Shown in pieces: positions 39,995 through 52,872 of a stretch of 64,000 nt of DNA. The translations under genes and the position numbers were made by a program. The stretch is from Octopus sinensis. Taxonomy: Eukaryota. Location of the stretch: NCBI RefSeq assembly GCF_006345805.1, contig NC_043008.1, positions 42,036,001-42,100,000 of the forward strand, read 5' to 3'. Under the pieces are notes generated by a model. The model saw only the letters and a list, made by a program, of their open reading frames with translations, made no database searches and had not been told where the DNA came from. How positions within the stretch are numbered: position 1 is the first letter of the stretch; every line of letters starts with the position of its first letter.

Positions 39995-40085
39995 CATATA
40001 CATACGAACATACATACATACATTCATACATACATACATACACTAATACATATATATATATACATACATATCGATATAGATATAT
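39890..40085. repeat. (ATT)n followed by (TACA/TA)n
   Basis: Directly visible. Confidence 0.95.
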
Positions 40086-41397
40086 AGAAATATTTCGTCG
40101 CCATCTTTCTGCGATGTTCCTTCAGTGTCCACTGTCTTCCACTGAGACCGAATGGAATTGTTTGTATTAAAAAGAATAGGGCTACACTGCGGAGTGCATC
40201 AATCATAATTCCTCGCGGTTCAGTGTAGTCGATTCTGAGTAAGAGACTGAGAAAGAAAAACTATTGAATGACGTATATCTGCTTACATGTGTTGTTTGTG
40301 TATCTGATGACGTATATCAGCTTATTCGTATACGCGTATGTTAGCCTGTCTGAGTATTTGCCCTGAACTTTGATAGGAATATGAAAGAACCATTTACCAT
40401 TGATTATGAATTATATTTACTGATCATATTGTTCATTTAGAACGTGAAAATTCTTCTAATCTATGAATCACACGAACAATATGGTCGTATCTGATTAGAA
40501 CGGTTATACATTCTCATTTCGCGGTCAAATGCAGTTTCTGTTAAAGATAAATCACTTTTTCCTTTCCCCTTGATTGATCATTTTCTGAATCAACGTTTTA
40601 TTCCATCATTTCACGTGTATGAGGATGGCATAATCTTTTAATTCCATGGAGATTATCTATGATGTATATATCACAGTTATATAACTATCTTGCATTGTTT
40701 CTATGTTTTGTTTTACTGCTTTTCAGAGAAATACGAAATTGTATGCTTACGAAATATAATATTTAAAACGTGCTTTGATAAAAGGGTTATGATATAAACT
40801 ACAGACTGATTGTAACAGACAGTCGCTAACAATCTGTAATAGCTGGACGAACTGTTAATCATTTTCTACTAGGAATAGATCCATAGTTTGTATGTGGAGA
40901 GAAGACAGAATACTCTTCTAGATATATAAACGATAGATTTAGGAATAGATCTCAGTAACATAAGACAACAATCTTACGACATTGCGTTTTGAATGGAAAA
41001 TTCGTGGTGGGTGACTTGCTATTTCACATTTCTGGTGTTTGTATACTAAAAGAGCATATTGTGTCGAGTAAATTTACTCTCTGCTGTGTCGGAACATACG
41101 GCCTTGTGTGAACAGACATCTTTGCCTGTGTTATTACATTGAAGTTAGATATATACTTGAGTCATGTTCTCTCTGTAGTCATATGCGCAGACAGCTACGT
41201 CGCTTTTCCTCGTGGCTGTAGATAAATGATCATCAGGCATTGGAGTTTAGTTAATCGAATATATTTTCATGTGAAATAATTTGGCATGGAGCATGAGAAA
41301 AGGTTTGCCTGGAGTAGAAATTGCAGGCATATCACTGGTAAATGCTTTTTAAAACTATCATAGGAAACCGATCGTTTTATGCCGTAACAAAGGCGTC

Positions 41398-41592
41398 TAG
41401 CACGCCAGACAAAATGATTTTCGATATTTCATCCGTCTTTACGTTCTGAGTTCAAATTCTGCCGAGCTCGACTTTGCCTTTCATCGTACGGGCTCGATGT
41501 AATAAGTACCAGCTGAGCAGTGAGGTCGATTTAATCGGCCTACCCCTTTCCTCCGATCTTGCTGGCCTTGCGCCAAAATTTGAAACCAATAA
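41398..41592 (+). mobile_element. SINE family B
   Basis: TAGCACGCCAGACAAAATG...CTTTACGTTCTGAGTTCAAATTCTGCCGAG.TCGACTTTGCCTTTCATC...GCCTTGCGCCAAAATTTGAAACC. Confidence 0.88.
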
Positions 41593-41926
41593 TTATATGA
41601 TGTAACGTCAACAAAAACAAACACTTCTACTGCTACTACCACGACAACTACTGTCGTTGGAAATGGAGATCTCCAGGTCCACATTCTTGAACAGCTGCTG
41701 CTGTTGCCGCTGCTGCTGTTCTTGCTTCAGCTACTGTAGCTGCTAATCCAAATGTATAGGCATTAATCCAGCGGCATCATTTTGGTATTTTTGTGAGATT
41801 ATTTCATACATTTTATATACCATTTGCCTGACCCTGTGACCTAGTTTCTAATAAAATCTTATGAAAACAACACAATCAATCCTTACTGCATAAATCTTAG
41901 AATTCTTGAAATTATCTTACAGAATA

Positions 41927-42337
41927 TAGGCGCAGGAGTGGCTGTGTGGTAAGTAGCTTGTTTACCAGCCACATGGTTCCGGGTTCAGTCCCACTGCGTG
42001 CCACCTTCGGCAAGTGTCTTCTACTATAGCCTCGGGCCGACCAAAGCCTTGTGAGTGGATTTGGTAGACGGAAACTGAAAGAAGCCCGTGGTATATAGGT
42101 ATATATATATATATGTATGTGTGTATATGTTTGTGTGTGTTTGTTTCCCCAACATCGCTTGACAACGGATGCTGGTGTGTTTATGTCACTGCAACTTAGC
42201 AGTTCGGCAAAAGAGGCCGATACAATAAGTACTAGGCTTACAAAGAATAAGTCCTGGGGTCGATTTGCTCGACCAAAGGCGGTGCTCCAGCATGGCCGCA
42301 TTCAAATGACTGAAACAAGTAAAAGAGTAAAAGAGTA
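41927..42337 (+). mobile_element. SINE family A, full-length (~410 bp)
   Basis: tRNA-like head with A/B-box-like motifs (TGGCTGTGTGG; GGTTCAGTCCC), an internal TA/TG microsatellite and a (AAGAGTA)n tail. Confidence 0.92.
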
Positions 42338-42984
42338 ATGTCCAGTGTTTTAGCTATTTGCATTGCTGCGATTTTCTCGTTCATTTACACCGCTAACCAC
42401 AGTCGCCTTCCAAGTAGGCAGCCTAAGATTACTCGCTGATGTGCGCTTATGTAAACTAATAAAATAATGTAGTGTACTTTTGGACAAATACAGTTATTGC
42501 TGAGACTTGTGACAATGAGGCGATTCGTCACGTACTTTCATAATTTGCTATGGCTGTTCAACGCTAATTTTATTTATTTCAAATTTTCTACATTATTTAT
42601 AAACACAACATTGAAAATTACATTTATTTGACAAAAAGTATGTTCAAGATTGCGCTATTTCAATGTTTCAATATGGCGTGTTTCACTGCTCACAGCGCCA
42701 CTTATCAAAATAGTATATTCTAGAGATAAATAGAAATAAAGAGAGAAAGAAAATTTAATTTCTGGAAATATTTTCTTTCAAAACATTCACATTTGGGAAT
42801 TTCAGAGAGACCAATAAATCTACAAAATAAGAACAATATTTATCTCAGTAGAATATCAAATATTTTTATCAGAAATATTGGCATTTAAAATTCCTTAGAC
42901 GGGAAAGATGGCTTTCTTTAATTTTGATTTTTTTTTTATCCTACCTTTATATTTATATTTTAACTTGTCACCTATTATACACGC

Positions 42985-43050
42985 ACATAGATATATGTGT
43001 GTGTGTATCTATCTATATCTATATATATACACACACATACACTTAAATAA

Positions 43051-43122
<72 letters not shown>

Positions 43123-43201
43123 ATAAGTATTACTATATTTTTGTTTAGATGTATATAAATACACATGCATACATCCCTATATATACGTATATATATATAT
43201 A

Positions 43202-43273
<72 letters not shown>

Positions 43274-43480
43274 GTATATATATATATATATATATATATA
43301 CATACTTATTTATGTGCATGTGTGTATGTATTTATTATGCATGTATGTATATATGTATGTGAGTGTATGTATATGCTTGTATATATGTTTCTCACGTGTA
43401 TGGATTTGAGTGGGTGTATTTGAAAGTTTGTATATGTATGTAGTGCTCTCTTTATATATACATATGTCTGTATACATGCT
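42985..43480. repeat. Long (TA)n compound array
   Basis: Directly visible. Confidence 0.95.
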
Positions 43481-44409
43481 TAGCTTTATATTTTTGTAAT
43501 TCGTTTTGCTGCTTCAGTTTGCTACGCAAAAAAATATAACGTGTCGATTCATATAAATAGAGTGTTCCCTAACACTGATATATCCTAACTAGAAAACGAA
43601 CGTATGTTACAAAAACCAAAAAACCAAATCCCTTTTTTAAACCCCTTTGGCTGTAATAAATGCTAAATGCAACAGAAAAAGAATTTTAAGTATTTTCGCA
43701 GGATAAGAAAAAAATACTTTCGAATCATATTTGATGATAACATTTGATATAACATATTCCGATATGATTTATGCGATGACGAACCTGATCCAAAGTGTGT
43801 AGATTTTCTGCGAAACACTTGTTATTTGCGTGAGTGGATGTGTGATTTGTGAAAAAACATTAAAAAAGTAATGACAAGCTGGAAACTGAAAAACCAAATG
43901 ATTTCCGCCATTTTATTTTAAATTTTACTTGATTTTTCCCTTGAAATATGTTACCGAAAGAAAAAAAATGAAGAAACGAAATAATTATTTGATATTTTCT
44001 TAATGAAGACTCAATTTCCAATTCCTGTAATTCGCAGACATTATCACAGTTGGCAGTTTTGTTTTTTCGACCTCGGAAACCTGTCTGTCAGCAAGTAACA
44101 TAACTGTCGATCATTTGGGTTTTTTTTTTCTTATTCTTCAATTTTGTTGTTGTTCATGTTATTTGTCCTGTAGGTGGAAGGTCATTTCCTGTTTATCTTT
44201 CCTGCAGCCAAGAAGGTAGAGTCAACTGAATCAACACTAGTACACTACAGTCCCTCTCCCTCCCTCCCTCCCTCAGAATGTATGCATGTACGTATGTATG
44301 TATGTATGTATGCATGTATGTTTTTGAGGACGTTAACACAATAACACCGGTTGCCAAGTGGTTATGTTGGAATAATATAAACACAAAAGCACACGGAGAT
44401 AAATATTCG

Positions 44410-44520
44410 TGTATACGACGGACTTCTTCCAGTTTCCGTCTGCCAAATCCACTCGCAAACGCGGTGGGACTGAACCCGGAACCATGAGGCTGGGAAACAA
44501 ACTTCTTACCACACAGCGAC
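44410..44520 (-). mobile_element. SINE family A, 5' portion with internal deletion
   Basis: CAGTTTCCGTCTGCCAAATCCACTC..GTGGGACTGAACCCGGAACCATG...CTTACCACACAGC. Confidence 0.8.
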
Positions 44521-44527
44521 CCCCAAA

Positions 44528-44640
44528 TAGATAAAAGGCAAAGGCGACCTCGGCAGAATTTGAACTCAGAACGTAAAGACAGACGAATTGCCGCTAAGCA
44601 TTTCGCCAGGTGTGCAAACGATACTGCCGGCTCGTGGCCT
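44528..44640 (-). mobile_element. SINE family B, 5' half
   Basis: AAAGGCAAAGGCGACCTCGGCAGAATTTGAACTCAGAACGTAAAGAC...GCTAAGCATTTCGCC. Confidence 0.82.
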
Positions 44641-44894
44641 TTAAAACGATATATACCACCGTATTCTTGAAACTTTTCGATAGCTGCACAATTTTTTTTT
44701 TATTTGAGGGCAGATTACTGTTTTCAGTGGCGAAAAGTTTAACATCATATCATAAATACATGTTGAAATAAATGGTTTTTGAGTATTTTTGAAAGGTTAA
44801 CTTATATCTTCCACGTTGCAATCGCTTTAGTTTCAGGACAAGTCCTCAGATCAAAATACTTAGAATGAAAGTACAACTCCGTAATAAACATACA

Positions 44895-45118
44895 ATGTGT
44901 GTGTGTGTGTGTTTTCCCAATTGCTGCTTGACAAACGTTAGTATGGTTATGTCCCCACCCCGTAACTTAACTGTTCGGCAAGAAAAAGATCGAGAGCATT
45001 AGTACCCGGCTTTAAAAGTATAAAATATTTTCAGGTCGATTCATTCGACAAAAAGAAAATAATTCTTCGAGGCAGTGCCGTAGCATGGTCGCCGTCTAAT
45101 CACTGAAACAAGTACATA
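44895..45118 (+). mobile_element. SINE family A, 3' half
   Basis: (TG)n, then TTGCTGCTTGACAA...CCCCGTAACTTA..GTTCGGCAA...GCATGGTCGCCGTCTAATCACTGAAACAAGTA. Confidence 0.75.
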
Positions 45119-45650
45119 TCTTACATTTAAAAAAAAAAAACTCTATGTTCGACTTGTTTTCCACTAATGTTTCGCATTTTCTCTCTATAATCCCACCATA
45201 ATGTTGTAGGAATATATATGTCCCGTAATTGAAAGTCTCCTACTATTAAACAAGAGTAAGAGATTGATTTATTCAATTTAGTGTTATCTAACTTTATTCA
45301 ATGTTAAGTGTACGTGAAATATACGATGTCAGTTTGATAGTTAAATGTAAGAATACCTTAACCACATCTATTTGAATTCGTAGTTAAAACGGTTGTAATA
45401 GACGTCAGGTAATTCTATCACAAAATCCAGTTTGCAGTTAATGCATCGAACGAGTCATGTCATTAGGAATGAATGTAATTTTCTCTCGGTTACGAAACGC
45501 CATCTTGTCACCAATCTAAGTAACATCATCGTGTAACGAGTTAACAATTGTTTCTGCTGAAGATATAAATAAGCAAAAAATTCAAAACCAACACTATAGG
45601 TTAATGAAACGTTGGTTACTTGCTGTGCTTTTTGCAGCATTCTTTTCTTT

Positions 45651-46203
45651 TCTGGTCTAGGTACAACGATCGAAATTTAGGGGGAGGGTGCCATTCGATT
45701 AGATCGACCCCAGTACGCAACTGGTACTTAATTTATTGACCCCGTAATTATGAAAAGCAGAGGTGACATTGGCGGAATGTGAACTCAGGACATAAAGATA
45801 GACGAAGTACCGCTACGCATTTCGCTAGGTGTGCTAATGATACTGCTAGCTCGCCGCTTTAAAATCCGTTTCTACTCTAGGCACAAGGCCCGAAATCTTG
45901 GGGGAGGAGGCCAGTCGGTTAGATCGACTCCAGTACGCAACTAGTACTTAATTTATCGCCCCTGAAATGATGAAAGGCAAAGTCGACCTCAGCAGAATTT
46001 GAACTCAACGCTACGCATTTCGCCAGGTGTGCTAACGATATTGCCAGATAGCCGCCTTAAAATCCTTTCCTACTCTGAGCATAAGGCCCGAAATTTTGGG
46101 AGAGGAGGCCTCGGCAGAATTTGAACTCAGAACCTAAAGACAGATGAAATACCGCTACGCATTTCGTCCGGCGTGCTAACGTTTCTGCAAGCTCCTCGCC
46201 GCC
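45651..46203 (-). mobile_element. Head-to-tail array of three SINE family B units
   Basis: Units at ~45651-45862, 45868-46062 and 46068-46203 are joined by near-identical AAAATCC.TT.CTACTCT junctions; units 2 and 3 have internal deletions. Confidence 0.85.
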
Positions 46204-46209
46204 TGTGCT

Positions 46210-46557
46210 CTTTGCAACATTGCGACTGAAGTGGCACTCCGTCGGTTACGACGATGAGTGTTCCGTTTATCCGATGAACGGAAGAGTGTGCTTATAAAAT
46301 TAACGTGCAAATGGCTGATCACCCAACAGACACACGAACACTTAATGTTGTTCTCAGGGTAATTCAGCGTTACATAGAATGTGACAAGGCTGGCCACTTT
46401 GAAACAAAAGTACTACTAATTTTTGCCAGCTGAGTGACCTACAGGAATATGAACTAAACGATCTTGTTCAAGGACACAACGCGCCGCGGGAAATCGAACT
46501 CACAACCTGACGATCGTAAATCGAATACTCTTAGCCAATAAGCCATGCACTTTCACC
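46210..46557 (-). mobile_element. tRNA-derived SINE family C (CORE-like central domain)
   Basis: Minus strand reads GTGCATGGCTTATTGGCTAAGAGTATTCG...GTGAGTTCGATTTCCC (A/B boxes), then GTTGTGTCCTTGAACAAG and CACTCAGCTGGCAAAAAT. The CORE assignment is from memory. Confidence 0.75.
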
Positions 46558-46787
46558 TACATTGCAGCTAAGGAGGGGGACATTGTCAGGTCGGCCAACA
46601 TATTTGAAATAGAAACCAAATCCTTCTCAAATTACTGTCTTGAAAACAGAAGGATACATTGGATAAAGCACTTTTGTTGTTCAAAAATTGTGTGTCACCA
46701 CTGGAACGATTTCATCTCTGGGTAGATTTGCTTGATGGCGGCTGAATGGGTGGGTGGGGAGTTAAATAATCAAATTACGAGCAACAA

Positions 46788-47475
46788 TATTGGTTTCAAG
46801 TTTTGGCACAAGGCCAGCAATTTCTGGGGAGGGCTTAAGTTGATTACATCGGCTCCAGTACTTAACTTGTTGTCTCGGGAAACAATGGAGTTGCGCATAA
46901 AATAATCTAGTCAGGCTTTTACATTTCATGTCCTAATACTTCTGCTGTGGCTGTGTAGTCCTATCCTGGACAAACACTCCCTCTGACAGGTGCCGCAAAT
47001 GTAGTGAAGACTTTGCCTGGCTGGTTGTAATGTCATAGTTTCTTGTTGACGTCTTTTGTCTTTCCGTTTCTCCTCTCTCCATCTGTCACTCCTTTGTGTT
47101 CCTTCTTCTATGGTGCGGCGCCAATCTCCACGGTTGCTGGCAACTGCTTCCCAGTTGCTAATATTGATGTCGTAGGCCTTCATGTTCCTTTTGCGAACAC
47201 TCTTGTACCGTAAGAACAGTCTTCCAACAGACCTAGTGCCCCTAGCAAGCTCTCTGTAAAGTATGTCCTTGGGGATTCTGCCATCTTCCATACGACTAAC
47301 ATATCGTAGCCATCTCTTATGTTTTTGTGTGAAGAGTGAAAACATGGTACTTATTTTATCGATCCCCGAAAGCATGAAATGGAAAACCGACTTTCAGCAG
47401 GATTTGAACTTACAACGTAAAGACGAACGAAATGTCACTAAGCACTCTTTCCGTCGTGCTAACGATTCTGCCAGA
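46788..47475 (-). mobile_element. SINE family B copy split into two halves (46788-46867 and 47345-47475) by an RTE insertion
   Basis: The left half ends CCAGTACTTAACT and the right half resumes TGGTACTTATTTTATCGATCCCCGAAAG. Intact copies read continuously across this point (e.g. CCAGTACGCAACTGGTACTTAATTT at 45710). Confidence 0.82.
46868..47344 (-). mobile_element. RTE-clade (BovB-like) LINE, 5'-truncated 3' end
   Basis: ORF 46926..47375 gives RWLRYVSRMEDGRIPKDILYREL..G.RSVGR...RYK...WEAVASNR.DWR and the C-terminal motif C..C.R.C.SRIGLHSH.R, followed by a short 3' UTR ending CCATTGTTTCCCGAGAC. Confidence 0.92.
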
Positions 47476-47750
47476 TTACGGACTACTTCAAAGTGGATCA
47501 GTATACAATTTGGTGTCTTCAGCTATTAAAGGGGTGCTTTCACAACTAATACAGTAAAATGTTGGTGAAAGAATATAAATTATAGAATGACAACTCAATT
47601 ACAGATCTCTAAAATTTCCATTCCTTTACAATTGGTAAAATGATTCTGTTTTAAAGGATGGAAATTATACTCTTAAATATTCTCCCGTTTCGCAGGATTA
47701 ATTGTATTCTTGGAAACTGATTTCAAAATTTGAATTGAAAACGGATCTCC

Positions 47751-47781
<31 letters not shown>

Positions 47782-48719
47782 ACTCACTCACTCACTCACT
47801 CACTCACTCTCTTTCTCTCTCTACCTCTCGCTTTTATGGAATTTTCCCTTTACTCTGCTCTAGGTTTCCATGCGATATAAGCACACTGCCTCAGGCAACT
47901 TTGCGTATTGTGGTTCTGATATATGATGAAAATACGAAGTGAAAATGGGAAGGAAGGAAAGAAAGAAAGAGCAACATCAATTTCTGAGGACGAAAACACT
48001 TGATACGAGGATTTCTCTCGGTTAAGCCGTGCTATCTGCTGTGTAAAGTAATCTTTAGAAATAATGTAAAGTATATATTAATAGATATCTTTATGGACTG
48101 TACAAATAACCATGAGGATCAATTTAATCAGGATCAGTGTCAATGCGAGGGAGATAAAGAAGTGGAGCCGGTGTTGGATTATTATAGATATAATAAAATC
48201 CTAAAACCAATTATTTGACTGGGTGACTGAATGAAGGAGGCAAGCCAAAAACATAATGAAAATTTGTTATTGGGTTTCTTTATAGGAATTTCGAAATCAT
48301 CGCTTGTGTTTCAAAGACAATATTTTTCAAAGTGAAGTAGAAAGCGTTGACCAATAATAACCGCAATTAATCACAAGATGAGAAAAATAAATATAAAAAG
48401 GCGATGATCCAGCATCGCCGCAGTCAAATGACAGAAACAAGTAAAAGAAAGTAAAATTAATTTTATTTTATGAGTTTAGATTTTTTTTTATATGATTGTC
48501 TCGTAAAAATATATAACAATCGGATATTGTCATCATGTGATTCCTGTTTCTTTCTCTGTTCTTTCTCGTTGTTTTCTTCCTATTCTTTTTATTTTATTAT
48601 TATTTTTACTTCTTGAATACTCCCATCGGAATTTCATTTGACAAAATTCTCATTTGACAAAATTTAATTTCAGACCTCGCTGCACACGTTCTTTTTACAA
48701 GATATAAAACTGAAAGCAC

Positions 48720-48749
48720 AAACACACACACACACACCACACACACACA

Positions 48750-48815
<66 letters not shown>
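48720..48815. repeat. (CA)n
   Basis: Directly visible. Confidence 0.97.
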
Positions 48816-48816
<1 letters not shown>

Positions 48817-49971
48817 ATACACTCACAAACCACTACAACATTTACAGAAGTGTATAGTTATTAAACGTATTATATTTAATCAGACATTTATACTCATTGA
48901 ATTTTTAATTTCTGCTGGTAACAATTTTGTAACTATACAACTGCCGATTTTTGTGAGAAAAGTTCAGCTAGAGAGCTTACAGATTCTAAATGATATTACA
49001 GTCACAGAAAGTCTTCTATTATTCTAGAGAGCAATAGTTGCGAAACCCCTCTAATCATAGAGGTTGATGCAATACAAAGAATTATTTCACGAACATAATA
49101 CTTTATTTACAGAACTACTCTTGCCCTTTTCTCAACTTGGTTGACCCATTTATATTTCTATCTATTTCGTAATTGCTTTTTACATTCCCTAAAAACATTG
49201 CTTCCAAATAAATTTCTCATTTACAAATACCATTTCACATCACGTGTTCATGTCCTCAGGAAATAACTGTATAGCTTTTAATTTGACGTTATTTGATTAG
49301 TCAAAACCAAATTTAAAGAATTCATTTGTTGTCGCTAAAAGAAAATTATTGAAACCACTAAATTGGTGTGGCATTTAAAGTAAACAAAGTGGAATGGAAT
49401 TGGTAAAAATATTGGAGAGCACCGCCTGGTTTATTGGCAGATTCTTTTATTTGGTTAGATTATGTGGCTTTCATTATTGGTTGAAATGATTTACCCTTTC
49501 ATTTCACCACAAATATATTACACAAAGCTGTAAAAAGACGTGGTGGTCACGATCAGAATATTTTTTTATAATAGCTTTGCCCCACCAAGACAAAACAACA
49601 ATAAGAAGCATAAAATAAAACAACAACGTAAGTTTATACCCAACCCACCCTCACCAATTATATTCTTCATTGTCGTTGTTGTTTGACCACAATAGCGTTC
49701 CTGCCATAACCCCCTGTTTTATTTCTTTCCGACATAATACATTTGCTTACATTTACGTTATCCAATTTGCTCTTTCAGGATGAATGTATGTAACGTGAAG
49801 CTGGTTTAGATATTTTTCTTTACTTGTGAACCTTCCGTCTTGGAGATCGCCCGTGGGTACGCTTCCCTTTAGTTTCATGCCCAAGTAATCATTATACAAA
49901 ACGACATTCTACGGATGCATGTTTCTGCAGAAAATATTACATCGCTTCCGTCATGTCAATATGATCAACTT

Positions 49972-50168
49972 CTCGTTAGCACACAGGGCGAAATGCTTAG
50001 CGCTATTTCGTCTGTCTTTACAATCTGAGCTCAAATTCCACCGAGATCGATTTGCCATTCATCCTTTCAGGGTCGATAAATTAAGTACCAGTTACGTATT
50101 AGGGTCACTGTAATCGACTGCCCCTCCCCACAAGATTTTGGGCCTTGTGCCTTGAGTAGAAAAGAATA
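49972..50168 (+). mobile_element. SINE family B
   Basis: GTTAGCACACAGGGCGAAATGCTTAGCGCTATTTCG...CATCCTTTCAGGGTCGATAAATTAAGTACCAGTTACG...GGGCCTTGTGCC. Confidence 0.88.
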
Positions 50169-50379
50169 TGATCAGCTTCACAGTTGTAGAACCTTGTTTA
50201 GCTTCAGAATGTGAAGATACTTTTCTCTTGCTAAGGATCTTTCTTCATTCCATTTCTGAACGATAGAGTTATGCTTCAAAATTCCTGTCCTCTACTTACC
50301 ATTTATTTTTGAGGCAACCGGAAAAGTAAGCAAAGTTACCAGAGTATTTCACAGACCAGACGAGACTTATGCCATTGAT

Positions 50380-50480
50380 ATGCTTAATGCCTTGCTTTTC
50401 ATTCTTTCGAAGTCGATAAATTAAATACCAGTTACGTACTGGGACGTTCTAATCGACTGGCCACCTCCCCCAAAATTTAG
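50380..50480 (+). mobile_element. SINE family B, 3' fragment
   Basis: GCTTTTCATTCTTTCGAAGTCGATAAATTAAATACCAGTTACGTACTGGG...CTAATCGACTGGCCACCTCCCCCAAAATTT. Confidence 0.78.
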
Positions 50481-50934
50481 TAATTCTAAATTCCGAATGG
50501 TATCATCAAAAAGCGACATAGAATTCACACTGAAATAGTGTCTCTCACACCCCTTTTTCTTACATTCCCCCCTCTCTCGTGCTTTTTTGCTGATTTCATT
50601 TTGCCTTAGATTTGTATCAGCTACTTTTGCTGTCTCCCATCCATCTTAGATATTTGTTACTTCTTATATTTTTTTAACCAATTAAAACTTCTTCCTCGGG
50701 CCATTCTGGAGCAGTGCCAAGAATATCTTTCATTTGTTAGTTACAATATCGTATCTTATTCGTTTTCTTCTATTATTCTTTTGTATTTGTTTTCTTATTG
50801 TGTTTGTTTTACTTTTGTCGTTTCCTCTCCAGATCGAATTTTCAATTTTTTTTACGTTCCATATAATTTTATGGACAAATTTATGAAAAGTTTTATTTAC
50901 TTTCTGCATGATGCTTTTGTATGTGTAGAGAGAC

Positions 50935-51104
50935 AATTATATACGTATTGGTGAGTGTATACATATATATATATATGCGTGTGTGTCTGTGTGTCTGTGA
51001 GTATGTATGTTTGTTTACTCGTATATGCATATATATATATATATATATATATAAGTATGTATGTATATCTGAACATATATATATATATACATATACATAC
51101 ATAT

Positions 51105-51142
<38 letters not shown>

Positions 51143-51480
51143 TTGGATAACTGCACACATATATAATATGTTTATATGTATATATACACAAACAGTCACA
51201 GCTACACACACTTATGTCTATGTATATAAGAAGTCAGAGACGTCGATAGGTTTTATAATGACCTTGGCACGAAACTCTGGGCCCTACAGTCATTCCTATA
51301 GTAATTTCGTTTCGTATTAATATCAGATTACGAGCACAACTACATACAAGCATATATACATATGTACATATATGCATGAGTATTTGTGTGTATATCTATA
51401 TATATATCTATATATCTATATATATATATATATACGCACGTATATTTGTACATGTGTGTGTGTGTGTGCATATATGTGTG
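50935..51480. repeat. (TA/TG/CA)n compound arrays
   Basis: Directly visible. Confidence 0.93.
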
Positions 51481-52174
51481 TATGTGTGATTATCTGAAAA
51501 TAAAACGAATTGCAATCTCCTGGTGATGTGGAAGTCTGCTGCACCTACTGACCGAAATAGCCCGATATCTAAACACTACCATAAATTCAAAAATAGCCCA
51601 GAGCATTTATATACATATATATATACACAAACCAATACAAATGATTGTTTGTGAATGAAAATGGTTATATGTGTATGTGTGTGTATGTGTTAGATATATG
51701 TTTGAGTGCATTTTGGTTTCTGTATGTGTTCTATAATGTGTACGTGTGTCACGTACAATTGCACTCGAAGTTTCTGCGTTTATTTTCATCTATTATTCTA
51801 GAAATACTTCGTATCGAAACCCGGTTATGTTGTTAGGTAGACGGAAATACTTAAACGAGTTGTTGGTGATTGATTTGTGATCATAACGCACTCAGTGTTC
51901 ATCGACTGATCGTTACTGAGAACTCAAATTATAGTTTAAAACAGGACCCATCAAACTGATGCCGTGGCAGCCTTCCTTTTCTTCTGTGTTTGTTGTTGTG
52001 ATTAGGCACCCGTTATCCTTTCAAGCAATGGTATTCAACCAGGGTTCATGTGATCCCTGGATCGCCGTGTATGACATTTAGGTGTCCAAGCAAGCAAAAT
52101 CGGAGAACCACAATAATATTTTACGGTTCCGTAGCAGATTTGTTTTTGTTTTAGAGGTATTTATTGCATGAAAT

Positions 52175-52412
52175 GCGGAGGCACATGGCCTAGTGGTTAG
52201 AGCAGCGGACTCACGGTCGAGGGATTGCGGGTTCGAATCTCAGACCGGGCGATGTGCGTGTTTATGAGCGAAACACCTCTCACTCTTTCCTCCTGCATCT
52301 TGCAGCTCACCTGCGGCGGACTGGCGTCCCGTCCAGGTGGGGAACCTATACGCCAAGAAAACCGGGAAACCAGTCCTATGAGCCAGGCGTGGCTCGAGAA
52401 GGAACAAACAAC
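52175..52412 (+). mobile_element. tRNA-derived SINE family D (V-domain-like core), complete, with a 12-bp TSD
   Basis: A box TGGCCTAGTGG, B box GGTTCGAATC, core GCGGACTGGCGTCCCGTCCAGGTGGGG and an (AAC)n tail. The perfect direct repeat ATTGCATGAAAT occurs at 52163-52174 and 52413-52424. Confidence 0.92.
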
Positions 52413-52511
52413 ATTGCATGAAATAGCCAGGTTTCTTTCTCCAGCGTTTTACATAGTCCAACCTAAGAGAATGTGTGGGAAACAAAACAGGAATTCTGAA
52501 AGAAGTAGCTA

Positions 52512-52872
52512 TAGACGCAGGAGTGGCTGTGTGGTGAGAAGCTTGCTTCTCAACCACATGGTTTCCGGGTTCAGTCCCACTGCGTCGCATCTTGGGCAAG
52601 TGACTTCTATCATAGCCTCGTGTCGACCAAAGACTTGTGAGTGGATTTGGTAGATGGAAATATGTGTGTGTGTGTTGTGTGTGTCTGTGTTTGCTCCCTA
52701 CCCATCGCTTGACAACCGATGTTTGCGTATCTAAGTCCCCGTAATTTAGCGGTTCGGCAAAAGAGACCAATAAAATAAATACTAGGCTTTCAAAGAATAA
52801 GTCTCGGGGCTGATTTGTTCGAATTAAGGCGTGCTCTAGCTTGGCCGCAGTCATATGACTGAAGCTAGCAAA
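52512..52872 (+). mobile_element. SINE family A, near full-length
   Basis: Colinear with the 41927 copy from head to tail, with a central deletion. Confidence 0.88.

Noticed and set aside
45651-46203. Regularly spaced repeats that might suggest a CRISPR-like array
   Set aside because: These are tandem SINE units in a eukaryotic context, with no unique spacers and no cas genes.
52175-52250. tRNA-like sequence with good A and B boxes
   Set aside because: It continues into a SINE body with a tail and TSD, and the acceptor and anticodon stems are not properly paired; it is not a tRNA gene.
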